Part shown: positions 13,525 through 25,269 of the stretch, piece by piece
Layout: each line of letters begins with the position of its first letter
How positions within the stretch are numbered: position 1 is the first letter of the stretch
The notes under the pieces: model-generated
What the model was told of the DNA's origin: nothing
The model's input: the letters and a program-made list of their open reading frames with translations, nothing else
Database searches by the model: none
Translations under genes and position numbers: made by a program
Assembly: GCF_003918875.1 (NCBI RefSeq)
Contig: NW_025767044.1
Span: forward strand, 558,001 to 622,000
Length of the DNA stretch: 64,000 bases
DNA from: Haliotis rubra
Lineage: Eukaryota
Direction: 5' to 3'

Positions 13525-14177
13525 CAGCAGTACCATTATATTTCTTGTGAAGATGATTCTGTAACTATTTATCATGTACAGAAGTACCATTATACTCCTT
13601 GTAAAGACGATTCTGTAACTCTGCTTATCATGTTCAGCAGTACCATTATACTCATTGCGAAGAAGATTCTGTAACTTTATTTATCATGTTCAGCAGTACC
13701 ATTATACTGCTTGCGAAGAAGATTCTGTAACTTTATTTATCATGTTCAGCAGTACCATTATACTGCTTGCGAAGAAGATTCTGTAACTTTATTTATCATG
13801 TTTAGCAGTACCATTATACTCTTTGCGAAGAAGATTCTGTGACTTTATTTCTCATGTTCAGCATTTCCATTATACTGCTTGCGAAGAAGATTCTGTAACT
13901 TTATTTATCATGTTCAGCAGTACCATTATACTCTTTGCGAAGAAGATTCTGTAACTTTATTTATCATGTTCAGCAGTACCATTATACTGCTTGCGAAGAA
14001 GATTCTGTAACTTTATTTATCATGTTCAGCAGTACCATTATATTGCTTGCGAAGACGATTCTGTAACTTTATTTATCATGTTCAGCAGTACCATTATACT
14101 GCTTGCGAAGCAGATTCTGTAACTTTATATATCATGTTTAGCAGTACCACAATATTCCTTGCGGAACAGATTCTGTT
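13525..14177. repeat. Minisatellite, 56-bp unit, ~11-12 copies
   Basis: Unit cagcagtaccattatactgcttgcgaagaagattctgtaactttatttatcatgtt, e.g. starts at 13691 and 13747; no spacers. Confidence 0.95.
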
Positions 14178-14999
14178 TTTGCTCCTTGATTTCATTTAAT
14201 GCATATACATATATTATATAGATAATATATGTTGATAAAACCAAGACAATTATGTGATACATATCTTCAATATGCTGAATGCGAATGTGATTAAGTGTAG
14301 CCTACACACCGGAGTCCAAATAACACTCAGTTTATCGCAATAGCACATGTAAATAGTCTTTATATTGTTTGCGTCATACTACATGCTAAAATACCAGCAT
14401 ATGTTTATTGAAATAAAATTTGTTATAACATATACTGTCTTATTGAGTATTTTGTCTATCTCAACAGACCATTCTGGATCTAGACGATAAAAAACATACT
14501 GTTGTGACAATTAATGGTTAACTTTCTTTTTCTTTCATTTGTTTCGATTTGCTTTATATTTCTCTGAACTCTGCCGTTCTGGTGCATTTTCTTCCAGGAA
14601 AAACATTAAAGCGCTTATGAATTTTTCAAAGTGGTATTGTTATTTTTATGAGAAGCGACGAGACAGGTGTATAATGTCAAGTAGGTGACAAACAAATTCA
14701 ACTGACCAGTTACGTTGTTAACACTGCAGACACAGTATATATCCCAAAGGTTAAAGTGTCAACCTGAGGGAATTTACCACCTAATAAATTAAATGACTAG
14801 TCAGACAGGGCCAGAACTTATATGAATGATAAATATAGCGGCATTGTCTTATGCAAAGGAACAAGCAGATCTTCTAATCACTAACGAATATGTGTTCACG
14901 TTAAAACTAGTTCCGATTTATCCCAGAAATTCACCCTAACTAGCTCTCTCTCTCTCTCACTCGCTCTCTCTCTCTCACTCGCTCTTTTTACCTCTTTGT

Positions 15000-15995
15000 G
15001 CATGAAAGCTTTTGGTAGATATACTCTTTTAAAACAATATGTACAATAAGACATCCGCATAGTGAGGATATTCACTGCAGACAATGATATATTCACATCT
15101 GAGAAATTTCCAGAATATACATGTTTCTTTCCAACAATGACGCTCGTTCCAGTCTGCGCATCGACGAATCTTGATCAGTGTTTAGTATTATGCACATGTT
15201 TTAAAATTATATCAACATTTCAGTAACAAATTACAATCTTTGTGTTCACCTAAGCATATCTCCGTGTGTGAGCCACTAGCTCCATTATCGAAGGAGTTTT
15301 TCTGGGGATGTCTTTACTGAAAAATAACCCAACGTATACATGTGTGTATCCAACAGTGCGCCCGACCCGACGACAAATGTAAACGTTTATCTGGACAGAT
15401 CTCCTTGTATGAGACTCTAGAACTCATATAGGGGGTCTGCTCCATTAATTGACCAATTCAGTAAAGCTGATAATACCAACATGCACACACATTTGCATGA
15501 AGATGTGTAGAGGATTATGTTACAATCACAGCCAGTAATTATATTGGCCCATCACATAAATCCTCCGAACAATTGTTGTTTTGTGGCTAGTCATTTCACA
15601 AAATCTATGAGTACATTGTAAGTCTTCGAATGGCATTTAGGAGTTATGAACACAAAGAAGATAGTTCACAGATGTCAACGTCTTCATGATGAGGGACACA
15701 ACGTTTCTGCGTACTTGCTTATTCCTTAACCGGGTGAATGAATACTCGGAGGCAGACATCCACAGCTACCGAACACATCATCAACAACCACGACTATCCC
15801 AAAAGGTAGGAAGCTGTCGAAGTTCTGTCCAACACCAACATTTTGGGGCAAAGGTATCTACGAGAGATCATTGACATCAAGAGATAAAACCCAGCTATGA
15901 ACCGTAACCAGAGAACATATCTACCTTGTGCTTGGATCTTATTAAAATGATAACGGAAAAGGTCAAGTCGTTGAAAATACGTTACGAGCAAAACG
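15000..15995 (+). repeat. Further copy of segment B of the decayed family
   Basis: 15370-15935 aligns with 5740-6275 (e.g. acaaatgtaaacgttt; gataataccaac; ttacaatcacagccagtaa; gaacatatctacct). Confidence 0.8.
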
Positions 15996-16004
15996 TGTAT
16001 TAGT

Positions 16005-16350
16005 TTATTTAATGCTCGTACGGGAAGTGATCTAGATTATGTTGATATTATTGAGCATTTAGAGGATTATGGTCCTGAACTTCTGAATTATCTCTTAGAT
16101 CACTTTATTTGTGATTGGTAATTACTTTGCAAAGGGTTTATTGCTCATTTGTTCAAACTTAATATCCATATCGTGAATGGTAGATATGGTTCTGATTTGG
16201 ATGTGGGTAATTTTACGTTTGCTTGTCACAACGGCGTAAACGTAGTAAATCAAGTCATTTGTTCTCCTGTTCTATCTCACCACTGTACAGTAATGTACTA
16301 TGTTACCTGTTTTGTTTCTTTACGCCTGCCGGTTAGTTCACGTTCCGCAG
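16005..16350 (+). mobile_element. Old LINE relic (AP endonuclease region), probably continuing past the Tc1 insertion to ~18200
   Basis: FNARTGSDLDYV and IVNGRYGSDLDVGNFTF.CHNG..VVNQVICSP resemble APE motifs GDFNARTG and NGR...G.FT...G.SV.DY. Confidence 0.6.
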
Positions 16351-16549
16351 ATATATGGTAACCAGATATTGAATCTGACAGTTAATGTTATAAATGTGTG
16401 TGGGATTACAATTAGAGGGAACATTTTCCAGAGGCTTTACTATCTGAAAATGTCCAGAACATATTAACACAATCTGTGGAAACGGCATGTATTGATATAG
16501 ATGGGAGTCTTAACTGTCTTGGTTAAGCATGATTCAATCCTGGGGTGTA

Positions 16550-17422
16550 TACTATCCCAGAAAAGAAACGCATAGGCAATCTGTATTTTTAAAAATCTAT
16601 TAATTACCTATTGTGTTCAAACAATCGTCAAAATATGTAACAAAACTGTTGATAACATGATTTTACACAATTGCACAAGTAAAAAATCGATTTTAACTGA
16701 AAATGTTGATTTTGATGAGATTTCTTACACGGATTGAAAAGGCATCGCCAGAACGCAACAGAATCACCTTCCAGTTGAAATTGTGCAACACAGAGCATGC
16801 AGTGTCTGCCAATAAAATTCCTGATTACTTTCGGAAATTTGCATTCGTTTTGAAGGAGTTTCAAGGTGAAATCACTACGCCACGTCTTGACTCTGCGACA
16901 CGGAACATCGCCATTGAAAGAATACACGCTGGAGATTACCAATCTTTTGTTGCCAGGCGTCTGAATGTTAGTCTGAGCACGATATCACGGCTTGCAGCTC
17001 GTTACAACCAAGCAGGTATAACAAATGACCGTCCCCATACAGACAGACCTCGAGTCACCACTGCAGCCCAAGATCGGTACATCCGGGTACTACATTTGCG
17101 TGATCGTACTGCTACGGGTGAGAGCACAGCAGCCAGGGTGCCTGGACATCGGAGGATATCCGGTCAAACTGTACGGAACAGGTTGAAAGAGATTGGTCTG
17201 AGAGCCAGGAGACCCGACGTCGGGACCGAGCTACGTCGTCAGCATCGCGCTCAACGTCTCGGTTATCTAAAAGTATCCACTTGGTTGTATAGACATCACC
17301 TTCTTCTAAACTGTTGTAAAAATCATGCACTAAAGCCTATTTGTAGACGAGTTATACATGTTTGAAAATACAACATTTTCGTTACAGATTTCTGGCCTAT
17401 GCGTTTCTTTTTTGGGATAGTA
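16550..17422 (+). mobile_element. Non-autonomous Tc1 derivative with intact TIRs, encoding only the DNA-binding region
   Basis: 28-bp TIR tactatcccagaaaagaaacgcataggc / gcctatgcgtttcttttttgggatagta flanked by TA; paired-like HTH ...DRPRVTTAAQDRYIR...RISGQTVRNRLKEIGLRARRP; start ATG mutated to ACG; no DDE. Confidence 0.9.
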
Positions 17423-18292
17423 TATATGAAGAGAAGACGAATGGCGCTATTATAGGTAACAAGTGATTTGAGCCTGACCGTGAATTTCCCAAAAGGAAAG
17501 ATGTAGTTGTCTGATTGTATTTCTGAAATTTGAAGAACCAATATCTTTGAGTTTGTTTTTGAAACTGCAAGAAATACCTATTATGGTATCATATGTATAA
17601 TTAAGAAAACAAGACCAATTAAAACGGACAAGGTGATTAAATTATTACAGATGTAAAATGCTTTAGGTCTACTCCGGTTTAATCTTCGCTACAAAATAGA
17701 TCCATTTAACATACATGAGTGAAACTCTGTGACGGAGTCGACCAATTTTGTTCAGATACATGTGTCATAGTCGGAAAAGCAAATTCCATTCTTTGGCAAA
17801 TGCCTTTCAACGAGCTCGTTTCGGGAGGCTACATCTTTGTATGTCATAGCACAATTTTGTTTCAGGTTAGTGAAGCATGTTACTACGATTGCGGCCCCAA
17901 ATTAAATGAGGACATTTTTTTGCCAGAAGATTGCGCCGGTGGCTTGTTTAGAGGAGCTGTTGCTGACCACGCTCTGTGTATTGATTGATAAATCTGTAGC
18001 AATAAGAAAGCACAGGAAATGAAATTGGAAAAGAGGAACTGACGTCCACAAAACATTTAATGTCTGTAAAAAGAATGTTTGAAACGGCGATGGTGTCAAT
18101 GAGAACAATATATTGAGAAAATATAAAGGGAGCATTAAGCAATATCGGATGAGTCATTCTTCACCTCTAACGTAAGAAATGGACATAAGAAATTCCATCT
18201 ATTTCGTGTTAAACTGTACCTGTGAAGAATCTGTGTTTTATATCCTGTCGTTCCGGGCAAAACAATGTGAACAATACATCTCCAGGCGACAA

Positions 18293-18563
18293 TCCTGGTC
18301 CTTAGTATGGTGATCTACCTTCAGTTGTTGGCAATATATAGCCTGTTTTTATATTGTATTGTCTTCTATAGTTAAAAGTTTTAGTTTTTTCATACTAGTT
18401 TTATATCTATACATGTGATCCTCTAGTATTTTTACTGTCCATCGTCGACAGGTTTTACTCTCCAAAATGCTTTCATTCTGTTATTGTATACATGTATATT
18501 GTTTTCGTCACGATATGGCTGAGATATTGCCGATGACGTTAAATATTAACTCACTCACTCACT
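18293..18563 (+). mobile_element. Nimb/I-type LINE 3' tail
   Basis: ggtgatctaccttcagttgttggc...ttgccgatgacgttaaatattaactcactcactc. Confidence 0.75.
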
Positions 18564-18689
18564 CCGGGAGACTACTCCCAAACTATAACGTTTACCCTAT
18601 TATCAACTGACATTTAAATGTACACATATTAAACAATCACCCAGCATAACACACTATAAATGAGTCCAACTCTTCCATTGCATCTAATT

Positions 18690-19190
18690 CCCCATAATGC
18701 AACCTTCCGATCCGAGCAACGCAAAAGAAGTGGGACACTCAGGTAAGTATAAATACGTTACATCAAATAAAACCAACAATTGGTTACACCTACTTTGGTT
18801 GTCAGTCATTAGATTGAGGAGGTCATTATGCGACGATGCTGTACTCACGAATACTTATTGAAAGGTGAGGATCCTCCGTTTGTGTATCCCTTGTGATGAA
18901 AGAATCACGTTCAGTCATGTCCTTCTTGACTGTGTTGAATTTTTCATTACAATGGATAAGTATTTCAGTGTCAAAACGTTAATTACGATTGAATCATTGC
19001 ATTGGTAAAAGAGAATTGATAGATACAGTAAATGTTCTATAATTGGTAATTTAAATCAACAACTGAGATTGTTTGTGGCTGTATTCTCAAAGGAGGTCCA
19101 AAAACATTCAAAGTAAATTTAATCTTACCACTATCTTTAAGCGCAGAATATATGTTATTTTAATTTATGGCTAGATTGTCTAAACTTGCT
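18690..19190 (+). mobile_element. Nimb/I-clade LINE ORF2 C-terminal relic plus start of 3' UTR
   Basis: Broken translation IKPTIG...EEVIMRRC..THEYLLKGEDPPF(fs)IPCDERITFSHVLLDCVEF: CCHC knuckle typical of I-group ORF2 ends. Confidence 0.75.
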
Positions 19191-19702
19191 TACAAGTCTA
19201 CAACCTCCCCATCTTCCAATGTGACAACCGACCATAATTGCTTTGAGGGAGTCAGTCATCCATTAATGATGATGTGGTCTCGCACTGTTTTTACATCACT
19301 GTGACAGACGTCATCAATCTTCAGTTGTGACCCGTCTTATTCCTCATCAATGACGTCAACGTCAGTATACCTTTTCTTAAGACGTGAAAAGTCTGGCCGT
19401 TCCAGAAGCCTGGTGATTCCGGATCCTCAGCATCATGTCCTATACATGCGACTAAGTGGACGGGTGGACAGACACGGTGACCCCGTCGACAGCGGGGATT
19501 CTTGCTCACAGCATCAGCATACCTGGAATGTCTGGTCCAAGTTCGTGCATGTTACAGGCTGCATAAATATGTAGCTGGAACATTGCATTGTTAACCAAAT
19601 TTGGGAACGAATTTAAGATATATAATTGACATTGTTCATTGTTGTTCACTGTTTTTAACGTCAACATCTGTTTATCACATATTTTGTCATTATGAAAATA
19701 AG

Positions 19703-19872
19703 ACTGACTGACTGACTGAGTTTGGCTTTTCGCCGCTTTTAGCACTATTCCAGCAACATCACGGCGGGGGACACCAGAAATGGGCTTCACACATTGTATC
19801 CATGTGGGGATTCGAACCCGGGTCTTCGGCGTGACGAGCCAACGCTTTAACCACTAGGCTACCCAACGGCCC
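19703..19872 (-). mobile_element. tRNA-derived SINE family 1
   Basis: Full-length copy, TSD atgaaaataag (19692-19702/19873-19883). Confidence 0.92.
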
Positions 19873-20615
19873 ATGAAAATAAGAACTTTACCATAAGTAC
19901 TATAAGCTTTTGTTAATTGTTGCAATTCAAATGCAACAGCATAACTTTATCATTTCTCAAGATGTTTCTCAACCATACGATTTATGTCTTTGTTATTTAT
20001 TTCTATGGACAGTAGAACTTGATTCGTGGCCCTTGGAGGAACTATTGAGGCACAAAATTATAGTTGCTGTAGTTCACAAAAATAAATCAAAGCACAAGAA
20101 GAATGAAAGTGAATGTATTCTCAAACGGATAGAAACAAATAGGTGTTTGTTCTCTTGACAGAGATATGTCAGCATTACGGGACTTTTACAAGAATAAAAA
20201 AGCACCAATTCAATTATCTCTATTAGTTGTGGGATACAAACGCAACGCTGCTAAAAAGTCGATGACAGGCACTTGATTGCGTTACTAGATCACATTCAGG
20301 AGACTCGAAGAGCTTGTACTGACACCTGGAATTGAAACCCTGCATGTTGTAAAACTTACTTGGATCAGTGAGTAAATGAGTAGCACTATTTGGAAATCAA
20401 CGTAATAGTTTTTGGAATACATGTCCTGATCGCTAGCAGCATGCAGACTGCTCCTTTCCACATCAAATGAAGTCTGTTAAGGGGCAGATGGAGTGATTCC
20501 ATGTGTATATACAATAGACATATTGCTTAGGAGCAGATAGTTCTCTGGAGGAGATGTGCATGGGGTGTATGTGAAAGTGACCTTTCTATACAGTCTAAGT
20601 AAACTTAGACTCAGT

Positions 20616-21146
20616 ATTATTCGTTACACTGCTATACTGAGTCTAACAAAACCTTGTGGAAGGTCGCGTCAGGTAACCTTTGAGCGACCTATGACCGTCC
20701 AATCAAAGGCGAGACGGCCGAACGGATTTAACCAATCAGACAACGGCTACTATTTAGGGTTCGGCGGGACTTTCAAAATGGATTTTCCTGTCCCCGGTCG
20801 CCAACACTGATCTCCCAACAAACGAAAATCCGCATAAAACACAGATATTTGACCTGCAGCATATACGCTTTGGGGTTCCTGTTGACATGGTTATCATTAG
20901 CTAATATTTTCGCAAGTTGACATGCTTGAATACAGACAAAACGCTGTTTTCAGCAAATGTTTACTCACTGCTGTGGCGTGCATCACTAGGAACCGATCGT
21001 ACGGAAAATAGCATTCGGAATCGTTCGAGTACAAACATTTTCGAGGTAAAAGTTCAAAAGGTATGTGCGATTGTCCACTTTTGCGATTTGGTAACTTGTG
21101 TTCTGATTGGTCAATTGCGAATCAGTATAGCAGTTTAACGAATAAT
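20616..21146. mobile_element. MITE-like element with 25-bp terminal inverted repeats
   Basis: attattcgttacactgctatactga (20616-20640) vs tcagtatagcagtttaacgaataat (21122-21146), 1 mismatch; inner inverted aaccaatcaga/tctgattggt; no ORF. Confidence 0.75.
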
Positions 21147-21294
21147 TCGTTACTGCCTTTTATATGGATTCTGATATTTTCCATCTCAGCCTTTGATAAT
21201 TAGAAAACGTAGTGAGTCCGGTAAGCTGATCATTAGCCAGACAAAACGGGAAAATGTCTTCTAACGGACTGGGTTGCAATGAAATCTGGCCGTG

Positions 21295-21950
21295 CGATGC
21301 CTAAACAAACACCACCGATAGCGGTTCGTCTCATTATCTTTATTGCAATACTCACCTATTATAAATAGAAAAATTCGTCCAATAACAAGAAGTCCCAAAC
21401 TTACTGTTCGAAATCGGTTCTAGCAGCGCGACTGGAAGCAGGGCTTCATGTGAATGTAGTGATCACAACAGCTTACCATATGCGGCAAAGATGAGGGTAG
21501 GCAAGACAAGGACTTGCCTTCGATTCACAGATGGCAGAAAACGTTGTTGCGACATAGTTCAAAGCGGTATGCCAGGCCTCCTATTCTTGACCATGAACGG
21601 TATTCGGGGGTCGGGTTTGACTGTGTGAGGCGGTGAATGGACATCTGTCTGGGGAGCAGTATGTTGACGACGATTTGCTTTGTGTCTTTGATCCAGTCGC
21701 TAGAATTATTCGTCGATTAGTTGAACTGCAAGTCGATAATTACAGACCCCTTGTTCCCCCACGAGAAGAGGTACAGTAATTGGACTGGCCCACAAAGTTC
21801 CCTGACATGTCCCCAGTAGGGCATCTTTGGGATGTTCACGGGCGAGTGACCTCAAGTGACACAGCACACGGCAACCTTCAGTGGTAGGTAACAGCAAGGG
21901 CACCCCCAGCTAAGTATCGCAATCAAGGTGTCGCGTGGGTCGAGCCCAAC
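21295..21950 (+). mobile_element. Decayed Tc1 transposase relic
   Basis: DWPTKFPDMSPVGHLWDV at ~21783-21837 (cf. DWPA.SPDL.PIEHLWD); FGGSGLTV*GG upstream. Confidence 0.65.
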
Positions 21951-22599
21951 AAGAAGCACAATTGATTTGCGCACTCGGAATTCATTTTACAGACATTTTT
22001 TGTCATTATCATGTTAATTTTCTACCTTTGGTCCGTAGCATATATAACTTACAAAACGCAATATTGCTCCTCTACAACCGTACCATTATATCAAAAGTGA
22101 TAAATCAAGCGAGCATTTGTATCAGTTAATTTCGAATCAGATACATTCGCTGTGTATTTTTACAAATAATTTTCTAATGTATGATATGGAATGGTATTTG
22201 GAATTTCGATTCTAGTTACGAATGCATAGCTATCCTTTATCCTAAAAGTAATGTCCATTGCACCGAGATCAATACCGTCTGAGCCCAAACAATCACATTT
22301 ATCAGGAATACATATTCCCTGTTCTACAAATCCGGTTTTCTCCGAAAGAAATATTGTGAATACATAGAATACCTAACGTCACATGAGAAAATTTGTTTGT
22401 TTTAATCATGGGTGCAACATTAATATAATTCATTTTAATAACGTGAATGCATTACACGATGCCGTGAATAGTCATATAAATTACAACTTTTACTGTTTTG
22501 CTCATTTTTCAGTATTTTGTGTGCACACTGCCATATCCAACATAATGTCTATCATAATCCTGGAACTTTGCTTCGTGTAATTTCGAGAAAATTTTACGT

Positions 22600-22880
22600 C
22601 ATCGAAAAACTCAGTTCCGGGAGTCAGGCCAGTTTGTGTTGATGCAGAACCTGCAGATGACTGGCAACGTTCTTTCAGATGCCAGCCAAATCTGGGTGCA
22701 ACTGAGCCAGAGTTACTGCCTGATTCTGATCCTGTCGTAGACGTCATCCAACTTGTCCCTGACGTATTCTATGAGGGTAAGATGTGGCACAACAGCATGT
22801 CATAGAGGTAATGCATTTTTCACTGCTTCAAAAAGTCTGTTACAACTCGGGTAACATGTGGACATCAACCGGCTATACTT
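22600..22880 (-). mobile_element. Decayed Tc1 transposase relic
   Basis: Minus strand PHVTRVVTDFLKQ...PHLTLIEYVRDKL(fs)RLRQDQNQAVTLAQL (cf. PHVARVVTDFL...PDLNPIEHVWDELGRRLR). Confidence 0.55.
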
Positions 22881-23577
22881 GACCTGATGTCACTCTCAAA
22901 ATCAGGACGTTGAGTAACGCAAATCGCTAAAACTTCTCCCCAAGCCACGCACATCTATTGCAGCTGTGCTCAAGGAACTTTGATTAATTCGTCAATAGCA
23001 AACCATCCTATTATTGATAGGGTGCCCTATGGTGACTTGGAAACACTGTACTGGTGGTTGGAGCCGGCTCCCGATGCATAAGAATAAAAACAAGTAATGT
23101 TGTCAGAGATAATGCAGTGACATTGAAACCATATTACCTACATAGTAACTTCTTCTTACAGGATCTTGAGATAATAAGTACTCACTTTTGTGTGTTGTTG
23201 GGTTTGGGGTTTTTTAAAAAAATTATTTGGTTTATGTATAACATATTTACAATTATTGACATACAAGCATAATAAACCTTGTACACACTAATGAAAAAGA
23301 GTTATCGTTACAACTAGTTCATACAATTCACTGACGGTAAGATTACCTACTTGGAATCAATAATCAGTTCAAGGCGATTTCATTATTTTCATTTATTCAT
23401 GTTCAGTTTAATTCGTTGTTGCCTTTCGCCCTGTTGAAAAGCCCTTAAGTGAGAGGATAACTAAAACCCATATGGACATTATGCTAGATAACGACCAGAT
23501 GCCATCCTCCACGCCTCGGAACGTCTGGAACATATAGAGTCTTTCGTTTCCGAAATACTTTTAGAAATCGTTTTCTA

Positions 23578-23802
23578 CCCGGGTTAGAATTGGTCTCCAG
23601 CAACACATGTTTGTGGTAAGAGGCGACTAACAGGATCGGGGGGCCAGGCTTGCTGACTTGGTTGACACATTTCATCAGTTCCCAATTGCGTAGATAGATG
23701 CTCATGCTGTTGATTACTGGAGTATCTGGTCCAGACGCGATTATTTACAGACCGCCGCCATATTGCTGGACTATTGCTCAGTGCGGCATTAAACATAAAC
23801 CA
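23578..23802 (+). mobile_element. SINE family 2, left-arm-specific insertion
   Basis: Family-2 body ending gctggactattgctcagtgcggcattaaac; absent from the mirrored site near 51255. Confidence 0.85.
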
Positions 23803-24067
23803 AGACGCTATATATTTCCTCACAACAACATAAAAAGTTAAACCAATCAAAATTGCAATATGAAACCTGTGTAAAAGTAACTACTGTGAAACTTATATTT
23901 AACTTATGCTACACATAGTAGGGAATTACGCATTAAACAAACATTGCCATTTGACTTTGGTGATTATACTAGACTTTTATTCATAGATGCCAGACAGACT
24001 GCAAAATTCTACCGTTACGTGGGCGACAGTGTTCCTTTGATAATGCCATGATAAGTATCTACATGTA

Positions 24068-25269
24068 CAGTACAACCAGAAATTATTGAGAATTTAAAGA
24101 TTGTAATTTATTTTTTTTTTCACTCATTACTCACGTATTAAATGTGAATATTAGCAGAACATAACTCCAGATTCAAAGACAGGTGAACAGTTAGTATTTT
24201 GTCAAGTCACCATGGGCAGCAATGCAGGAGGCTTCAATTCGGCGGGGCATACTACTGATCAAAGAAGTCCCCAAACATTTTCTATTGGATTTAGGCCAGG
24301 CCTATAGCTTGGCCAATCTAATAATGTCATATTTTGGGTTCGAAACCAGGCCTGTGAATGCTTTGAACGATGTTTTGGGTCGTTGTCCTGCTAGAAAATC
24401 CAAAAATTTCCATAGAACACGTGAGCAGATTGAAGTAAATGTGCCTCAAGAATATCTGTGTACCGCTCACTGTTCATATTCCCTTCAAATACTCAGAGGG
24501 GCGTTGGCCCTAACACAGATATGCCACCCCACACGTTAAATTTCGGACTGTACTTTGGGCGCTGATACAAAGGTTTTTCAGTTTGTTTGGTCCAGAATTT
24601 CAGTGTATTAGGAAACAGCCACACAGAATTTTCATCTGAGAAAATCACATTGTCCCAGTTAAAATCTCTATGCTGTAAGCACCAGTTCAACCTTCGCTCC
24701 TTTTGTACAGGTTTCATGATCGGTGATGGAATTCCTCGACTTTTCTGCCAACCCATTGCATGCAGCTCAGTTCTAATTTTCTCCTTACAGACAGCCACAG
24801 TTCCTCTATCAAGCATATCCAACCTTAAGTTTTCTAAACTCCTTCGTTTGTTTTTAGAAACAAGAATAACAAGCCGCCTCCTGTCACCGGACAGTCAATT
24901 TTCTGGGCCTACCTGCGCCTCCCTGGTGCTCAATGCCATATCCATTTGCAATATTTTTCAAAACACGATAAACAGTGGACAAAGGGATGACTGTTCTACT
25001 TGAAATCACTTTAGGTGATCTAATGTCCTTGTTATAATACTCTAAAATCAACTTCCTCTTCTCTAAATCATCCATACTGAGGATCACTGAAAATGTCGTC
25101 TGCTAGTAAGTACACAAAGGGGGATAACTCTTCGCAAACTAATGAAAAAGGATTAACGGAGTTGCCTCTCTTGAATGAAACCAAGCACTTGATAGCTGAT
25201 CAAGGTTGTTTATACTAAAAATCCAATTAAACATATTCCTAAAATTCTCAATAATTGCTGGTCATACTA
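24068..25269 (-). mobile_element. Tc1 (DD34E) element, copy with ~100-bp internal deletion and frameshifts
   Basis: TIRs cagtacaaccagaaattattgagaattt / aaattctcaataattgctggtcatacta, TA TSD; close sister of 55182-56478; empty site in right arm at 51022. Confidence 0.95.

Noticed and set aside
13525-14177. CRISPR-like appearance of the 56-bp array (and the 80-bp array at 49826-50389)
   Set aside because: Units are head-to-tail with no unique spacers, there are no cas genes, and the context is eukaryotic.
22502-22747. Ser/Gly-rich 81-aa ORF as a possible host exon
   Set aside because: It is an alternative frame of a decayed Tc1 transposase relic.
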